64,000 nucleotides of DNA. Source: Candidatus Bathyarchaeota archaeon. GTDB taxonomy: Archaea > Thermoproteota > Bathyarchaeia > Bathyarchaeales > Bathycorpusculaceae. Location: positions 672,001 to 736,000 of the forward strand of contig CAWEPZ010000011.1 in NCBI GenBank assembly GCA_963811105.1. Direction: 5' to 3'. The notes under the pieces are model-generated. The model saw nothing but the letters and a program-made list of their open reading frames with translations. It did not search any database and had not been told where the DNA came from. Below are positions 38,871 through 48,705 of the stretch, one piece after another (position 1 is the first letter of the stretch; each line of letters opens with the position of its first letter). The position numbers and the translations under genes were made by a program.

Positions 38871-41153
38871 CTAAAACCGTGAAAAACCACCTACAACTGC
38901 CTGACCAAAAGAAATTCCTCCATCACCCGCGGGAACAGCCTCATGAACCAAAAACCTCAATCCAGCAGACTCAACCGCCTTAAGCATGACATCTGCAAGA
39001 ATTCGGTTGCATGCGGCACCTCCTGAAAAACCAACAGATTTCACGCCAAGCGACAAAGCTTTTTCAACTGCCAGAGCAGCTAAGCCTTTTGCTAAGTAAG
39101 CATGAGCAGAATAAGCTAAATCGGCGTTAGATAATTTTTGTTCGTTTTCAAAAATTAACTTTAACATAAATGTGGTATCCAAAGTATCTCCGTGGAAAAC
39201 TGGTTTAAGATTCAAAATATCCTTGCCACCCAAAGCGGCTGATTCGAGTTTCATAGCTGGTTCACCCTCGTAGCTACGCTCGTAACACACGCCTAAAACA
39301 GCTGCTACCGCATCTAAAACTCTGCCGCAACTCGTCGTTTCAACTAAGCCGATACCTTTCTTTAATTGGGCAAGGATTAGGTTGGCTTCAGTTACTCCAA
39401 AAGGTAAATGCTTACTATTTTGTAATAACCAAGGCTCAACCTTTAAGCCAGCTTTTGTAAGTATTCCAGCGGCAACTCGCAAAGGATACCGAGTAGCCAC
39501 ATCACCCCCAAGTAGAGGCTGAGGCTCCAAATGACCAAGACGCTTGAAGTCGGCTGATTCACGAGTACAAAACAGGATTTCGCCGCCCCAGGCTTCTCCA
39601 TCCTTTCCATAACCATAGCCATCGCAGACAACAGTGACAGATTCTTCCAAGTCGTGTTCAGCCATCAAAGCGGCTGCATGCGCATGGTGATGTTGCACCT
39701 GAATGAACAGTAAACCGTCTTCTTCAGCCATTTCTTTAGCCAAAGCGGTTGTGATGAACTTCGGATGTAAGTCACATACCACGGTTTCAGCATGGCAGTT
39801 AGTCAAGCTATAGAGGTGGTTTGTGGCTTCTTGCAGAAACGATCGGGTTTCCACATTTTCCACATCGCCGATGTGTTGACTTATAAAGGCTTTATCATCC
39901 ATAAGTACACAGGCTGTATTGTTGAGTTCGCCCCCTAAACCAACGACGCACCGTTTTGATCTAGCCTTTAGCCTAATTGGGGCTGGAGCGTAGCCTCTAC
40001 TTCTCCTAAGAAATACTTGACGATTTTCGTGGACGCGCATAACTGAGTCGTCGCATCGGTGGGCGATTTTGCGGTTATGAAACAAAAAATAATCCACTGT
40101 GCCGCCTAATGTTTTGAGGGCTTCGTCGTTATCTTTCACTATTGGCTGATTGGGGGGATTGGCACTAGTCATCACAAGTGCTAAGTCATCAACTTGGTCA
40201 AAAAGCATGTAATGCAAACCAGTATAAGGCAACATAACGCCGACATTATGCAGGTTCGGCGCAATTAGAGGTGAAAGATTGTAGCTTTGGTTTTTGTTGA
40301 CTAAGACTATTGGGCGTGCAGGTGAAGATAGCAGTTGCTGTTCCTTCGAATCTACTTCGGCGAAGCTTTTGATGGCGTCTATGCTTTTTGCCATTATGGC
40401 AAAAGGTTTTTCGCGTCGATGCTTCGTTTTTCGAAGCGCCAACAGAGGCTTTTCTCGCATTGTTGAGGCTGCAATATGGAAACCGCCGTATCCTTTTATT
40501 GCAAGCAAGTTACCTTCTGAGAGCAGCTTTCCCGCTTCACGCACAGGGTCGGCAGTTGGCATTGCCTCGCCAGTTCGAGATGTTAAGTATGCTTTTGGTC
40601 CGCACGGCGGGCAAGCTATGGTTTGTGCATGAAAACGCCTGTTTGCCGGGTTACTATATTCCTTTTGGCAGAAACCGCAGAGTGGAAACTCTCGCATAGT
40701 GGTATTTTCGCGGTCGTAGGGCAAGCGTTCGATGATTGTGAAGCGGGGCCCGCAGTTGGTACAGGTGATGAAGAAATATTCGTAACGTGGGTCCTTTGGG
40801 TCCCGAAGCTCTGCCAGGCATTCGTTGCAGATGGATATGTCGGGAGGTATTATTGAGCCCGACTGCTCCGCTTCATTTGAACTTTTGCAGATAGTGAATC
40901 TATCAAATTGGCTATCGCCTGTAAGCTCAACTGATTTAACAGCGTCAATCTGGGCAAGGGGAGGCTTTTTCTTGATCAGGTCATTCATGAAATTTCTTAC
41001 GCTTTGCGCTTTTCCTTCTAGAAGAATTTCCACTCCTGCATCACCCCTATTGCGAACATAACCTGCCAGCCTGTTCTTTACTGCGATACGGTAAATGAAT
41101 GGTCGAAAACCAACACCTTGAACGATGCCTGTAACGTTTATTTTAACGCGCAA
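38871..41153 (-). CDS. hypF: Carbamoyltransferase HypF
   Basis: VQGVGFRPF, CTNCGPRF Zn fingers, KGYGGFH, QHHHAH, GDGGISFGQ. Confidence 0.97.
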   Translation of the reverse strand: MRVKINVTGIVQGVGFRPFIYRIAVKNRLAGYVRNRGDAGVEILLEGKAQSVRNFMNDLIKKKPPLAQIDAVKSVELTGDSQFDRFTICKSSNEAEQSGSIIPPDISICNECLAELRDPKDPRYEYFFITCTNCGPRFTIIERLPYDRENTTMREFPLCGFCQKEYSNPANRRFHAQTIACPPCGPKAYLTSRTGEAMPTADPVREAGKLLSEGNLLAIKGYGGFHIAASTMREKPLLALRKTKHRREKPFAIMAKSIDAIKSFAEVDSKEQQLLSSPARPIVLVNKNQSYNLSPLIAPNLHNVGVMLPYTGLHYMLFDQVDDLALVMTSANPPNQPIVKDNDEALKTLGGTVDYFLFHNRKIAHRCDDSVMRVHENRQVFLRRSRGYAPAPIRLKARSKRCVVGLGGELNNTACVLMDDKAFISQHIGDVENVETRSFLQEATNHLYSLTNCHAETVVCDLHPKFITTALAKEMAEEDGLLFIQVQHHHAHAAALMAEHDLEESVTVVCDGYGYGKDGEAWGGEILFCTRESADFKRLGHLEPQPLLGGDVATRYPLRVAAGILTKAGLKVEPWLLQNSKHLPFGVTEANLILAQLKKGIGLVETTSCGRVLDAVAAVLGVCYERSYEGEPAMKLESAALGGKDILNLKPVFHGDTLDTTFMLKLIFENEQKLSNADLAYSAHAYLAKGLAALAVEKALSLGVKSVGFSGGAACNRILADVMLKAVESAGLRFLVHEAVPAGDGGISFGQAVVGGFSRF

Positions 41154-41240
41154 AGATAGGACCTTGATAATTCAAGAACGAGAGTTTTCTCTTATATATT
41201 TCGAAACAGGCGTAAATCGCTAGCATATTTAGGATGACTC

Positions 41241-42854
41241 CTACTTAAGCAACCGCCTTAAAACTTTGCCTGCTGAACTAATGGGCAACTCTTTTCTGAT
41301 CTCGACCTCGCGAATTGCTTTGTAAGGTGCCACTTTGTTGTTAACGAAAGACATTATTTCTTCCACTGATGTAGCCGCGCCTTCTTTCAGAACTAAGAAA
41401 GCTTTCGGAACCTCAATTGCAGTAGGGTCTGATTTGCCAACAACTGCACATAGCTTCACAGCTGGATGCTCATATAGAATGTCTTCCAGTTCACGTGGGT
41501 AGACGCTGTAATCTTTGTATTTTATTAGGTCTTTTTTGCGGTCAGTAATGTAGAAATATCCATCCTTGTCCATGTATGCGATGTCGCCTGTGAGAAGCCA
41601 CAAATTACGCAGTACCGATGCGGTTTCGTCAGTCTTATGCCAATACCCCTTCATGACTTGGGGTCCCTTCACAGCCAACTCGCCCGTTTCACCTTGCTTA
41701 AGCGATTTTTCGCCTGTTTCCAAATCAACTATCTTTGCATCGGTGTCTGGCAGCGGCAAACCGATTGAACCTACCTTCACCGTTCGCATCGTTCTATCAA
41801 CAGGGCTACAGTGAGTCACTGGCGACGCCTCAGTTAACCCATAGCCTTCAGCCAACAATCCGCCCGTGATCTGCATGAAGTGGTTTTGGATTTGAGGCGG
41901 CAACGATGAAGCCCCAGAAATGCAGACGCTAATTGATGTTAAGTCGTATTTGCTAAGTTCTGAGCTAGCTAACAGAGCCTGATACATAGTTGGGACACCG
42001 CAGAAAACTGTTACTTTATGGCGTTGGATGGCGCTTAAAGCTTTGGCGGGTTCGAATTTTGGCAGTAGAACCATTTTGGCCGCTAAACTGATGGGCACAG
42101 TCATGCTGGTTGTCATGCCGTAAATGTGAAACAGCGGCAGTGCAGTTAGGAAGGTTTCTTTCGCCACGGTGCCTTTTATCCAGAAGGCGAAAGCCAAAGC
42201 GTTTGAAACCAAGTTGCTATGAGTTAACATGGCACCTTTTGCCGTTCCAGTCGTGCCGCCTGTGTATTGCAAGACGGCCAAATCTTCATGGGGATTAATT
42301 CTGATTTTAATGGGAGTTTCAGATGCTTTTTTAATTAGTTACCTCAAGCGCCAAACATTTGGTTTGCTTGGGATAGCAGTAACAGTTGTTTCATCTAAGC
42401 TTGTAACTATAACGTTTTTGAGTTTGGTTTTAACCCAAACATTATCAACTATTGGATAAAGTGAGTCCAATGCCACAATGGTCTCAGATTCTGAGTCACA
42501 TAGTTGGTATTCAACTTCACGCTCTCGATAAAGCGGACTTATCGCTGTTACAACCGCGGCTGCCTTTAGAGTTCCAAAATAGGCGATTATATACTGGGGA
42601 ATGTTAGGCAAAAAGAGAGCGACTCTGTCACCCTTCTTAACTCCTAATTTAACAAGGGCGTTTGCGAATCGATCTGAGAGCAATTCTAATTGGTGATAAC
42701 TAAGTTCATTTTCGCAATATGTGAGGGCAATCTTCTCGGGAAAGTTTTTGGCGCTTTTCTCAAGCAGTTTTTGGAGAGGAACCTGCGGGTACTCTATGTG
42801 TTTTGGCACTTCGGAGGGCCATTGCTTGAACCATGGCTTATCGTTTATCGTCAA
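41241..42854 (-). pseudogene. Long-chain fatty-acid/acyl-CoA ligase interrupted by an in-frame TAA at 42339-42341
   Basis: ORFs 42339-42854 and 41241-42281 share a frame and are joined by 19 open codons. Motifs YTGGTTGTAKG, EGYGLTEA, TGD, DRKKD, GKVLRR. Confidence 0.88.
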
Positions 42855-42952
42855 GTCATTCTCTGATTAACCATTAGGGAGATGAATAAGTAAAAACGTT
42901 TAGTCCAATAATCGTGTGGTTTCATTCCACAAAAGAGCAAAGGAAGAATTGG

Positions 42953-43061
42953 TGGTGCCGGGAACGGGATTCGAGCCCGTGACTTCTGGTTGTAGGACGC
43001 TTGCCCCTTACAAACTCCAGATTATGAGTCTGGCGCCCTAGCCAGGCTAGGCTACCCCGGC
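42953..43061 (-). tRNA. tRNA-Met(CAT), elongator type, with a 31-nt intron (42984-43014) at position 45/46
   Basis: GCCGGGG acceptor pairs with TCCCGGC-A-CCA; anticodon arm CCAGA-CTCATAA-TCTGG. Removing the intron restores the variable loop AGGTC. BHB-like junction. Confidence 0.9.
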
Positions 43062-43198
43062 AATTTGCCATTGATTTTTCTAGCCGTGTCTTTTTAGTCT
43101 GTTTTCCTTCATTTAAACTTTTAAATCTTTTTTTGCCGTATCTAACTGTCCAGGGGAGACTTCAGAGCTCACGTTTGAACCAATTATTTGTTTTTGGG

Positions 43199-44713
43199 TT
43201 ATTGAATTTTGAGGAGCCATCTTTTCTTCCAATAGAAAACTGCAATCAGCAATGCAATAACCAATATTGCTACTACAAGAACGATGGTTGTGGTGGTTGT
43301 AGTTTGAGAGTTGATTAGAGGCGGTGTGGGTGTTGGAAACGATGGAGTTGGGGTTTCAACAGGAGTGGGAGTTGCAGTAGGAGTAGGAGTAACAACAGGG
43401 GTTGATGTTGGACTTGTAGTTGGAAATACTGTTGGAGTCGAGGTTAGTGTGGTTAAGGAAGTAGCTGTTGGAGTTGGGGTAGGAGAATTGCCAGAGGTCG
43501 GATCGGCTATCGTTGCAATTCGGTAGATATAACACCCAACTGGAAACGTGAAAGTCTTCACTACTTGCCCTGCAGGATTCACTTCAATTAAAAATGCCCC
43601 CGTGTTATTGAAGTTCCAGGGTTGATTTTGGGGCATTTGATGGGTCGGGTCTCCAAAGTCGCCTATGTAGTCCCCGTTTGGAAGAAGCATAGCACCACCT
43701 GCGTAGGAATTCCAATATTGTGTTGGGGCTTCCCAACTCCAATTCACATATGCAGTCATGCTTGTTTGGTTCAATGTCAACTCAATCATTCTGCTGTGAC
43801 AATCGTTGGGATTGGTAATATTATTGTAGTCGTTGTCAAACATTGTGAAGACATCGGGTGCTACTTGTTTAGTATTATGACTATGATACCATAGACTGGA
43901 GACTTGGCTGCCGTTATCACCAAGAAGAGTGAAATTTCCAAATTGGCCGCATGCCCAAATTATGTCTCCTGAGATTTGATTTATCTTGTAGAACGTATTG
44001 GTGCACCTCAGGTTCAGGTATATTATGTTGTTGTTGTAGTCCCAATCAAGGGAGTTAGAATGCGAGAAATCAATCAAGGTTTGACCGTTAAAAACGGTTG
44101 TTTCGTTGAATGAGGAAGCTTCACTGAGCGGTATATGGTCATAGATATCCCAACTCCAAAGGATATTTCCGTTTGGATCTAACTGTAAAATTTTGTCTAT
44201 AAGAAATGAGTTATTCCCAACGACTCTCACGTAGCTCTGCAAGGTTAGAAAAGTATTGTCGGTTGGATTGTATTGAATATCATGATGACTTATAACGTTG
44301 GGAAAATCTATGGTAGTGCCAGTGGATAAGTTCCAGATATGCGTAGCATATGTTGGGGCGCTGTTTGCTCCACCAGTTTGAGGCTCACCTTGAAACACCA
44401 AGGTATTTGGCGCAATTTCGTAAGCGACTCCATACGCCGTGGAAGACGAACGCAGGTCTAGCAAGTTACCATCAGTATCCATAATCACCATATAATTTCC
44501 TGCTCCTGCAGTACCGGCGATGCCACTGCTTATTTCTAGATCAAAAGCCAAGTCGCCAGCCCATGCGTTTCCATATGTGTTGATTGAACAGGGTACAGTA
44601 AAGTTGATTGCTTGAGAATCAGCGATTGGAGAAAAAATAAGTGTTATTAAACAAAAAGCCGCTGCTGATGATGCAAGAATTATTCTCGTGTTCTTAGAAA
44701 AAATAGGCACCAT
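43199..44713 (-). CDS. Secreted arylsulfotransferase (ASST)-like beta-propeller protein with P/T linker and C-terminal TM
   Basis: SHHDIQ, WSWDIYDHI, HSNSLD, WYHSHN, MFDN, LLPNGD; PTPT repeats; TM followed by WKKR. Confidence 0.75.
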   Translation of the reverse strand: MVPIFSKNTRIILASSAAAFCLITLIFSPIADSQAINFTVPCSINTYGNAWAGDLAFDLEISSGIAGTAGAGNYMVIMDTDGNLLDLRSSSTAYGVAYEIAPNTLVFQGEPQTGGANSAPTYATHIWNLSTGTTIDFPNVISHHDIQYNPTDNTFLTLQSYVRVVGNNSFLIDKILQLDPNGNILWSWDIYDHIPLSEASSFNETTVFNGQTLIDFSHSNSLDWDYNNNIIYLNLRCTNTFYKINQISGDIIWACGQFGNFTLLGDNGSQVSSLWYHSHNTKQVAPDVFTMFDNDYNNITNPNDCHSRMIELTLNQTSMTAYVNWSWEAPTQYWNSYAGGAMLLPNGDYIGDFGDPTHQMPQNQPWNFNNTGAFLIEVNPAGQVVKTFTFPVGCYIYRIATIADPTSGNSPTPTPTATSLTTLTSTPTVFPTTSPTSTPVVTPTPTATPTPVETPTPSFPTPTPPLINSQTTTTTTIVLVVAILVIALLIAVFYWKKRWLLKIQ

Positions 44714-44888
44714 ATTCCTCTTTGTTTTTCTTACGATGGCTTAATTCCTTTTTTAACGTTTGCCCAAAACAAGACATGACTTTTGAGTCTGAATTAACTT
44801 ATAAGTATTTTTGTTTGAGATCTTGTCTTTACTGGGCCAAAGTTTTATCTGTAGTTTTCAGTTTTCCCAAGGTCTTAGGGCAGGGTTA

Positions 44889-46568
44889 TCATTCACCTTT
44901 TCTGAACTTAACTTTGAGTTTTGAGTACGAATAAACACTTATTCCGATTATAATTAAGATAGCGAACCCTGCTGCATAAATTTCTATGTTGGGGAGAGCA
45001 GCTTGCTTAGGTTCTAAGGTAGGGACTATTTTTTCTGTAGGTAAAGGAGTAGGGGAGAGCGTTGGTTTTGGTGAAGGCAAAGGAGTAGGTGAGATGGTAG
45101 GTTTTAGTGTCGGTAAAGGAGACCGAGATGAAGAAGGCGCAGGCGAATCGGATGTGATAACTTGCGTTCCAACGGAGAAGGTTAAGCTGTTAGTTGAGGG
45201 GCCTCCGCCATCTGCTGGAGTAGTTCCGGGTGCACCATTGTTGGCACCATGCTCATCGAACGCGAGGACTTTTACGGTGTGTAAACCTGAATTCAAACCA
45301 GCAAGGCTGATGTTGTATGAGGCTGAAGCCGTGATTGGTTCAGTATAATTCCAGGTCAAAGAGCAATCTCTCCTCAAATTGTTGTCGACAACAAGTAAGA
45401 CCGACACCAAGTTATCATCTGATGCACTAAAAGTCACCGTTTTTTGATCAGGCCCTGTATCAGCAATGCTAATCGACGGCGTAAGCAAATTGGAAGTATC
45501 ATCCAGAACGGCTTGGCGATGTTGAGCTTCGATGTCAGGAAGACCAAGCTGTAGAGGATAACCGTCTAACGCTGGACTGAAGCTTTGGTTCCATAATCCG
45601 AGGCCATAATAAACTGTGGGGGCAACGTCGACTTCGTCTCCATTACGGTTTACATTATTATCGTTAGTTGCTAAGAAAATGTATGGAGCATTTCGGTGAC
45701 TGAAGCCACCTTCATCGAAACCGTGGTCAGCTGTGATGTAGATTAAAGTGTTCTGAGATAGTCCAAGGGTACCCAATTTGCCAAGAATTTGGCCTAACCA
45801 ATAATCGCAAGTTTGAATTGCGTTTGAGTACTCTTCCGAGTTTTCGCCAAACATGTGGCCGATGTGGTCAGGATCGCTGAAATGGAAGAACCCAAAGAAG
45901 TGGTTGTTGGAGTTGTTTTGGATGAACTGAAGCGTCAGAGGACCCACAACATCTGCATTTCTGTCTTCGTTCAGATCCCCAACGCTAACAAAGTCAAGTT
46001 GAGAAGGAAGGTTGGCGTATAACGCTTCGTTAGAGTATGTTGAAAAGGGGGTTCCAATTGCTGCAGAGCCGGTTCCATCTTCGATTTCCATTTGGTTAAG
46101 CTTTCCCGCGATGAACGCTGTTGCTATTTGATTTGACCCGTAAAAATTCTCGAGCCTTTCAGGAATCGTATACCCTCTAGGTATTGCATTAAACCATATT
46201 GCATTTTCGAAAACGCCAGTTTTCCACCATTTATAGCCTGTTAAGATTTGAGTCCACCCAGCTTTTGTATCAGTAAAATGATCCGATACAGTCACGTTAA
46301 CCATCTTACCTGTTTGAATGAACGCGCTCAAGTTAGGCATCTTCCCCACATTCAACAATTCATACAGATGATTTCTTTGAACCCCATCCCAACCCAGTAA
46401 AATTACATTTGTATTGTTGCCTGTGTAACCTGAGTTGCCGAGAACCAAGTTTGTATTCGATCCCGCAGCTTCAGTTTTTGCAGCCTGTCCGTTAATCCCC
46501 ACCCAAACGGTACATACAAGCAACGTTAACAAAAGTATACTAACATGTCTTGTTCTCAATAAAGACAA
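44889..46568 (-). CDS. Secreted alkaline-phosphatase-superfamily protein with P/S/T linker and C-terminal TM
   Basis: Metal-binding motifs GWDG, TDTKAGW, DPDHIGH, ITADHGFD. Confidence 0.8.
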   Translation of the reverse strand: MSLLRTRHVSILLLTLLVCTVWVGINGQAAKTEAAGSNTNLVLGNSGYTGNNTNVILLGWDGVQRNHLYELLNVGKMPNLSAFIQTGKMVNVTVSDHFTDTKAGWTQILTGYKWWKTGVFENAIWFNAIPRGYTIPERLENFYGSNQIATAFIAGKLNQMEIEDGTGSAAIGTPFSTYSNEALYANLPSQLDFVSVGDLNEDRNADVVGPLTLQFIQNNSNNHFFGFFHFSDPDHIGHMFGENSEEYSNAIQTCDYWLGQILGKLGTLGLSQNTLIYITADHGFDEGGFSHRNAPYIFLATNDNNVNRNGDEVDVAPTVYYGLGLWNQSFSPALDGYPLQLGLPDIEAQHRQAVLDDTSNLLTPSISIADTGPDQKTVTFSASDDNLVSVLLVVDNNLRRDCSLTWNYTEPITASASYNISLAGLNSGLHTVKVLAFDEHGANNGAPGTTPADGGGPSTNSLTFSVGTQVITSDSPAPSSSRSPLPTLKPTISPTPLPSPKPTLSPTPLPTEKIVPTLEPKQAALPNIEIYAAGFAILIIIGISVYSYSKLKVKFRKGE

Positions 46569-46801
46569 CTTTCCCCATTATACGACCTCTTCTCAAGATA
46601 CTTATGGCTTTTGCAAAAACCACGTTTTTAATGTAAATCTTTGCACTGAGCAGAACAAAATGTACTTTTTATTAGTTTTTCTGAATCTTAATAGGATTTT
46701 TCAGAAAGAGTTCTGAACTGCCTATCGATAACGTAAAAGTTATTGTTTTTTAACAATAAGCTTATTGGATTGAAAAAAACTCAACATAGAGCGGTGAGTT
46801 T

Positions 46802-47392
46802 ATGTCTTCGGATGAGAATTCCCCTGATTGGTTCAGAAAAAGGCGAAGTAAAGACCCTTTTTTCGGCGATATAGATAATGTGTTCCGTGAAATGGAAAAA
46901 ATGATGGATGAAGAACTTAAAAATTTTACTGAAAAGGTGCCGAAAGAGTATGTTAAAGAGCGTAAACTTCCCGATGGGAGCACGGTCAAAGAGCTTGGTC
47001 CCTTCGTTTACGGTTACAGTATGAAGATTGGTTCTGACGGAAAACCGGAAATTCAAGAGTTTGGAAACATCAAAAAAGGCCTCAAAGGGACGCCGCAGGT
47101 AAAAGAAGAACGCGAACCGCTCGTTGACATCGTAGAAACAGAGGGCGACGTTCACGTAGTTGTTGAGCTTCCTGGTGTAGAAAAAAGTGACATTAAACTT
47201 CACGGCACAGATGATTCTTTGACTATTTCTGTTGATACCCCCCATTACAAATACTACAAGGAAGTTGAGTTGCCAGTAAAAGTTAAGGTTAGAGAAGCTA
47301 ATTCAACCTACAAAAACGGCGTCTTAGAAGTAGTACTCCCCAAAGATGAGCCACAAAATAGGGCTAAAGGGTTACCGATCGACATAGGCTAA
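46802..47392 (+). CDS. Archaeal small heat-shock protein Hsp20
   Basis: GPFVYGYSMKIG.DGKP, REPLVD, ELPGVEK, YKNGVLEV, C-terminal IDI motif. Confidence 0.93.
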   Translation: MSSDENSPDWFRKRRSKDPFFGDIDNVFREMEKMMDEELKNFTEKVPKEYVKERKLPDGSTVKELGPFVYGYSMKIGSDGKPEIQEFGNIKKGLKGTPQVKEEREPLVDIVETEGDVHVVVELPGVEKSDIKLHGTDDSLTISVDTPHYKYYKEVELPVKVKVREANSTYKNGVLEVVLPKDEPQNRAKGLPIDIG

Positions 47393-47438
47393 AAGCTAAA
47401 TTCCAATTCACCCTACTGTTTTAGCAGCGAGTAAAGAA

Positions 47439-47849
47439 ATGAGCGATAATTCAGAAATAGATGCCCTAAACGCTATTTGTCGCGAAGCTAAGACAGAAGG
47501 CAAACTGTCAGGTAGCAACCTAACCGATCTATACGAGCTTTTCGGGTCCAGATTCTCAAAGGCGCTCGACGCCCTAAAAGAGGGCAGAGTAAAAAAATAC
47601 ATTTTCGGGCCAAGCGGTAGAATCGTTTGGATAGTTGTCGGAAGAGAGCGCGATTACCTAATCATGCCTGAAGCAGAATTCTGCACATGTGATGATTTCT
47701 ACTTCAGAGTTTTAGATAAAAAAGTCCACATGTGCTACCATCTGTTAACTCAGAAAATCTCGCAGAACCTAAGCTGGTTTGAAACTATAGAGGAAAATGA
47801 CGAATGCTACGACATGCTAATGAATGAATGGAAAAAAGCTACTCCTTAA
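47439..47849 (+). CDS. SWIM zinc-finger protein
   Basis: FCTCDDF...CYH (CxC...CxH). Confidence 0.8.
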   Translation: MSDNSEIDALNAICREAKTEGKLSGSNLTDLYELFGSRFSKALDALKEGRVKKYIFGPSGRIVWIVVGRERDYLIMPEAEFCTCDDFYFRVLDKKVHMCYHLLTQKISQNLSWFETIEENDECYDMLMNEWKKATP

Positions 47850-47895
47850 ATATGAAGATGCTACAGAATATTTGTAAAATACAAGGAGAATCTCG

Positions 47896-48021
47896 ATGGA
47901 TTTAGGCGCATACTTCCAAACGTTACAATACGTCCTCATGGGCGCAGTGTTTATTTCCCTACTCCTAATCTTCCTTTACGCATATTATGGTAAAGATGAA
48001 GAAGAAGAATTAAGCCAGTAA
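47896..48021 (+). CDS. 41-aa single-TM protein (not in ORF track)
   Basis: AAGGAG upstream; MDLGAYFQTLQYVLMGAVFISLLLIFLYAYYGKDEEEELSQ*. Confidence 0.55.
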   Translation: MDLGAYFQTLQYVLMGAVFISLLLIFLYAYYGKDEEEELSQ

Positions 48022-48034
48022 ACCCTCATCCCAC

Positions 48035-48334
48035 CTAATTTCTTTCCCTTCCATATCGCCTATTCATAACCCAAAAAAACACTAGGCTCAAAAAAGCAAG
48101 AATTATACCAATCAAAATAAGCAAAATGGAATTAGGCCCTGAACCAAAAACAATTGGAAAAGGACCTATAAAAATAACCACACCCACACTTCCTGAACCA
48201 CCCAAGGACAGAGACGCAAACACAATAACCGCGATACCAACAAAAACCAATGCCACTCCCAAAAGAAGTAACCCAAAAAATCTGTCAGATATTGTGAAGC
48301 CTTCTTCGCCATTTTCAATAAGAACATTAAGCAT
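48035..48334 (-). CDS. DUF131 family membrane protein
   Basis: GVVIFIGPFPIVFGS motif flanked by TM helices. Confidence 0.8.
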   Translation of the reverse strand: MLNVLIENGEEGFTISDRFFGLLLLGVALVFVGIAVIVFASLSLGGSGSVGVVIFIGPFPIVFGSGPNSILLILIGIILAFLSLVFFWVMNRRYGRERN

Positions 48335-48340
48335 ATGGGT

Positions 48341-48601
48341 TTACCTCAACAACCAGTAATAGACTATTATAGTAATGATAAGAGCTATGGTTAGTGCTAA
48401 TGCAAGAGCCAATACCATCTTGACTGATTTTTTATCTGTTCCAAAGATAATTGGGATAGGACCAATCATAATTATCCCTGCACCTTTTACTTTGGCTTTT
48501 TCATTGCCTTGTGTCGAGGCTAAAATAATCGCCAGGATAATGAAAATAATCCCTACGATAACCAACGCTAATCCCAGAATGTATAGGACTGCAGTATCCA
48601 C
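48341..48601 (-). CDS. DUF131 (TIGR00304-like) membrane protein
   Basis: GAGIIMIGPIPIIFGTDK motif. Confidence 0.85.
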   Translation of the reverse strand: MDTAVLYILGLALVIVGIIFIILAIILASTQGNEKAKVKGAGIIMIGPIPIIFGTDKKSVKMVLALALALTIALIITIIVYYWLLR

Positions 48602-48705
48602 GTCTTCTTCCTCCAGCTCCCCTCTAAGAATAAGACAACAATTTTAATAAACATAGCAAATTTTGAACAAAATGCAAAAAAATAAAAAGCGCGGAATATC
48701 TTATC

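Noticed and set aside
42339-42341. Possible recoded stop (Sec/Pyl readthrough) in the acyl-CoA ligase
   Set aside because: The codon is TAA, and TAA terminates many genuine genes in this window.
42953-43061. Alternative reading as tRNA-Ile2(CAT), initiator tRNA, or a long-variable-arm tRNA
   Set aside because: The G1-C72 GCCGGGG acceptor fits elongator Met (no A1-U72, no three G-C anticodon pairs), and the insert is better explained by a BHB intron.
43311-45348. GV-rich + strand ORFs (43311-43526, 44986-45348)
   Set aside because: Antisense readings of Pro/Thr linkers.
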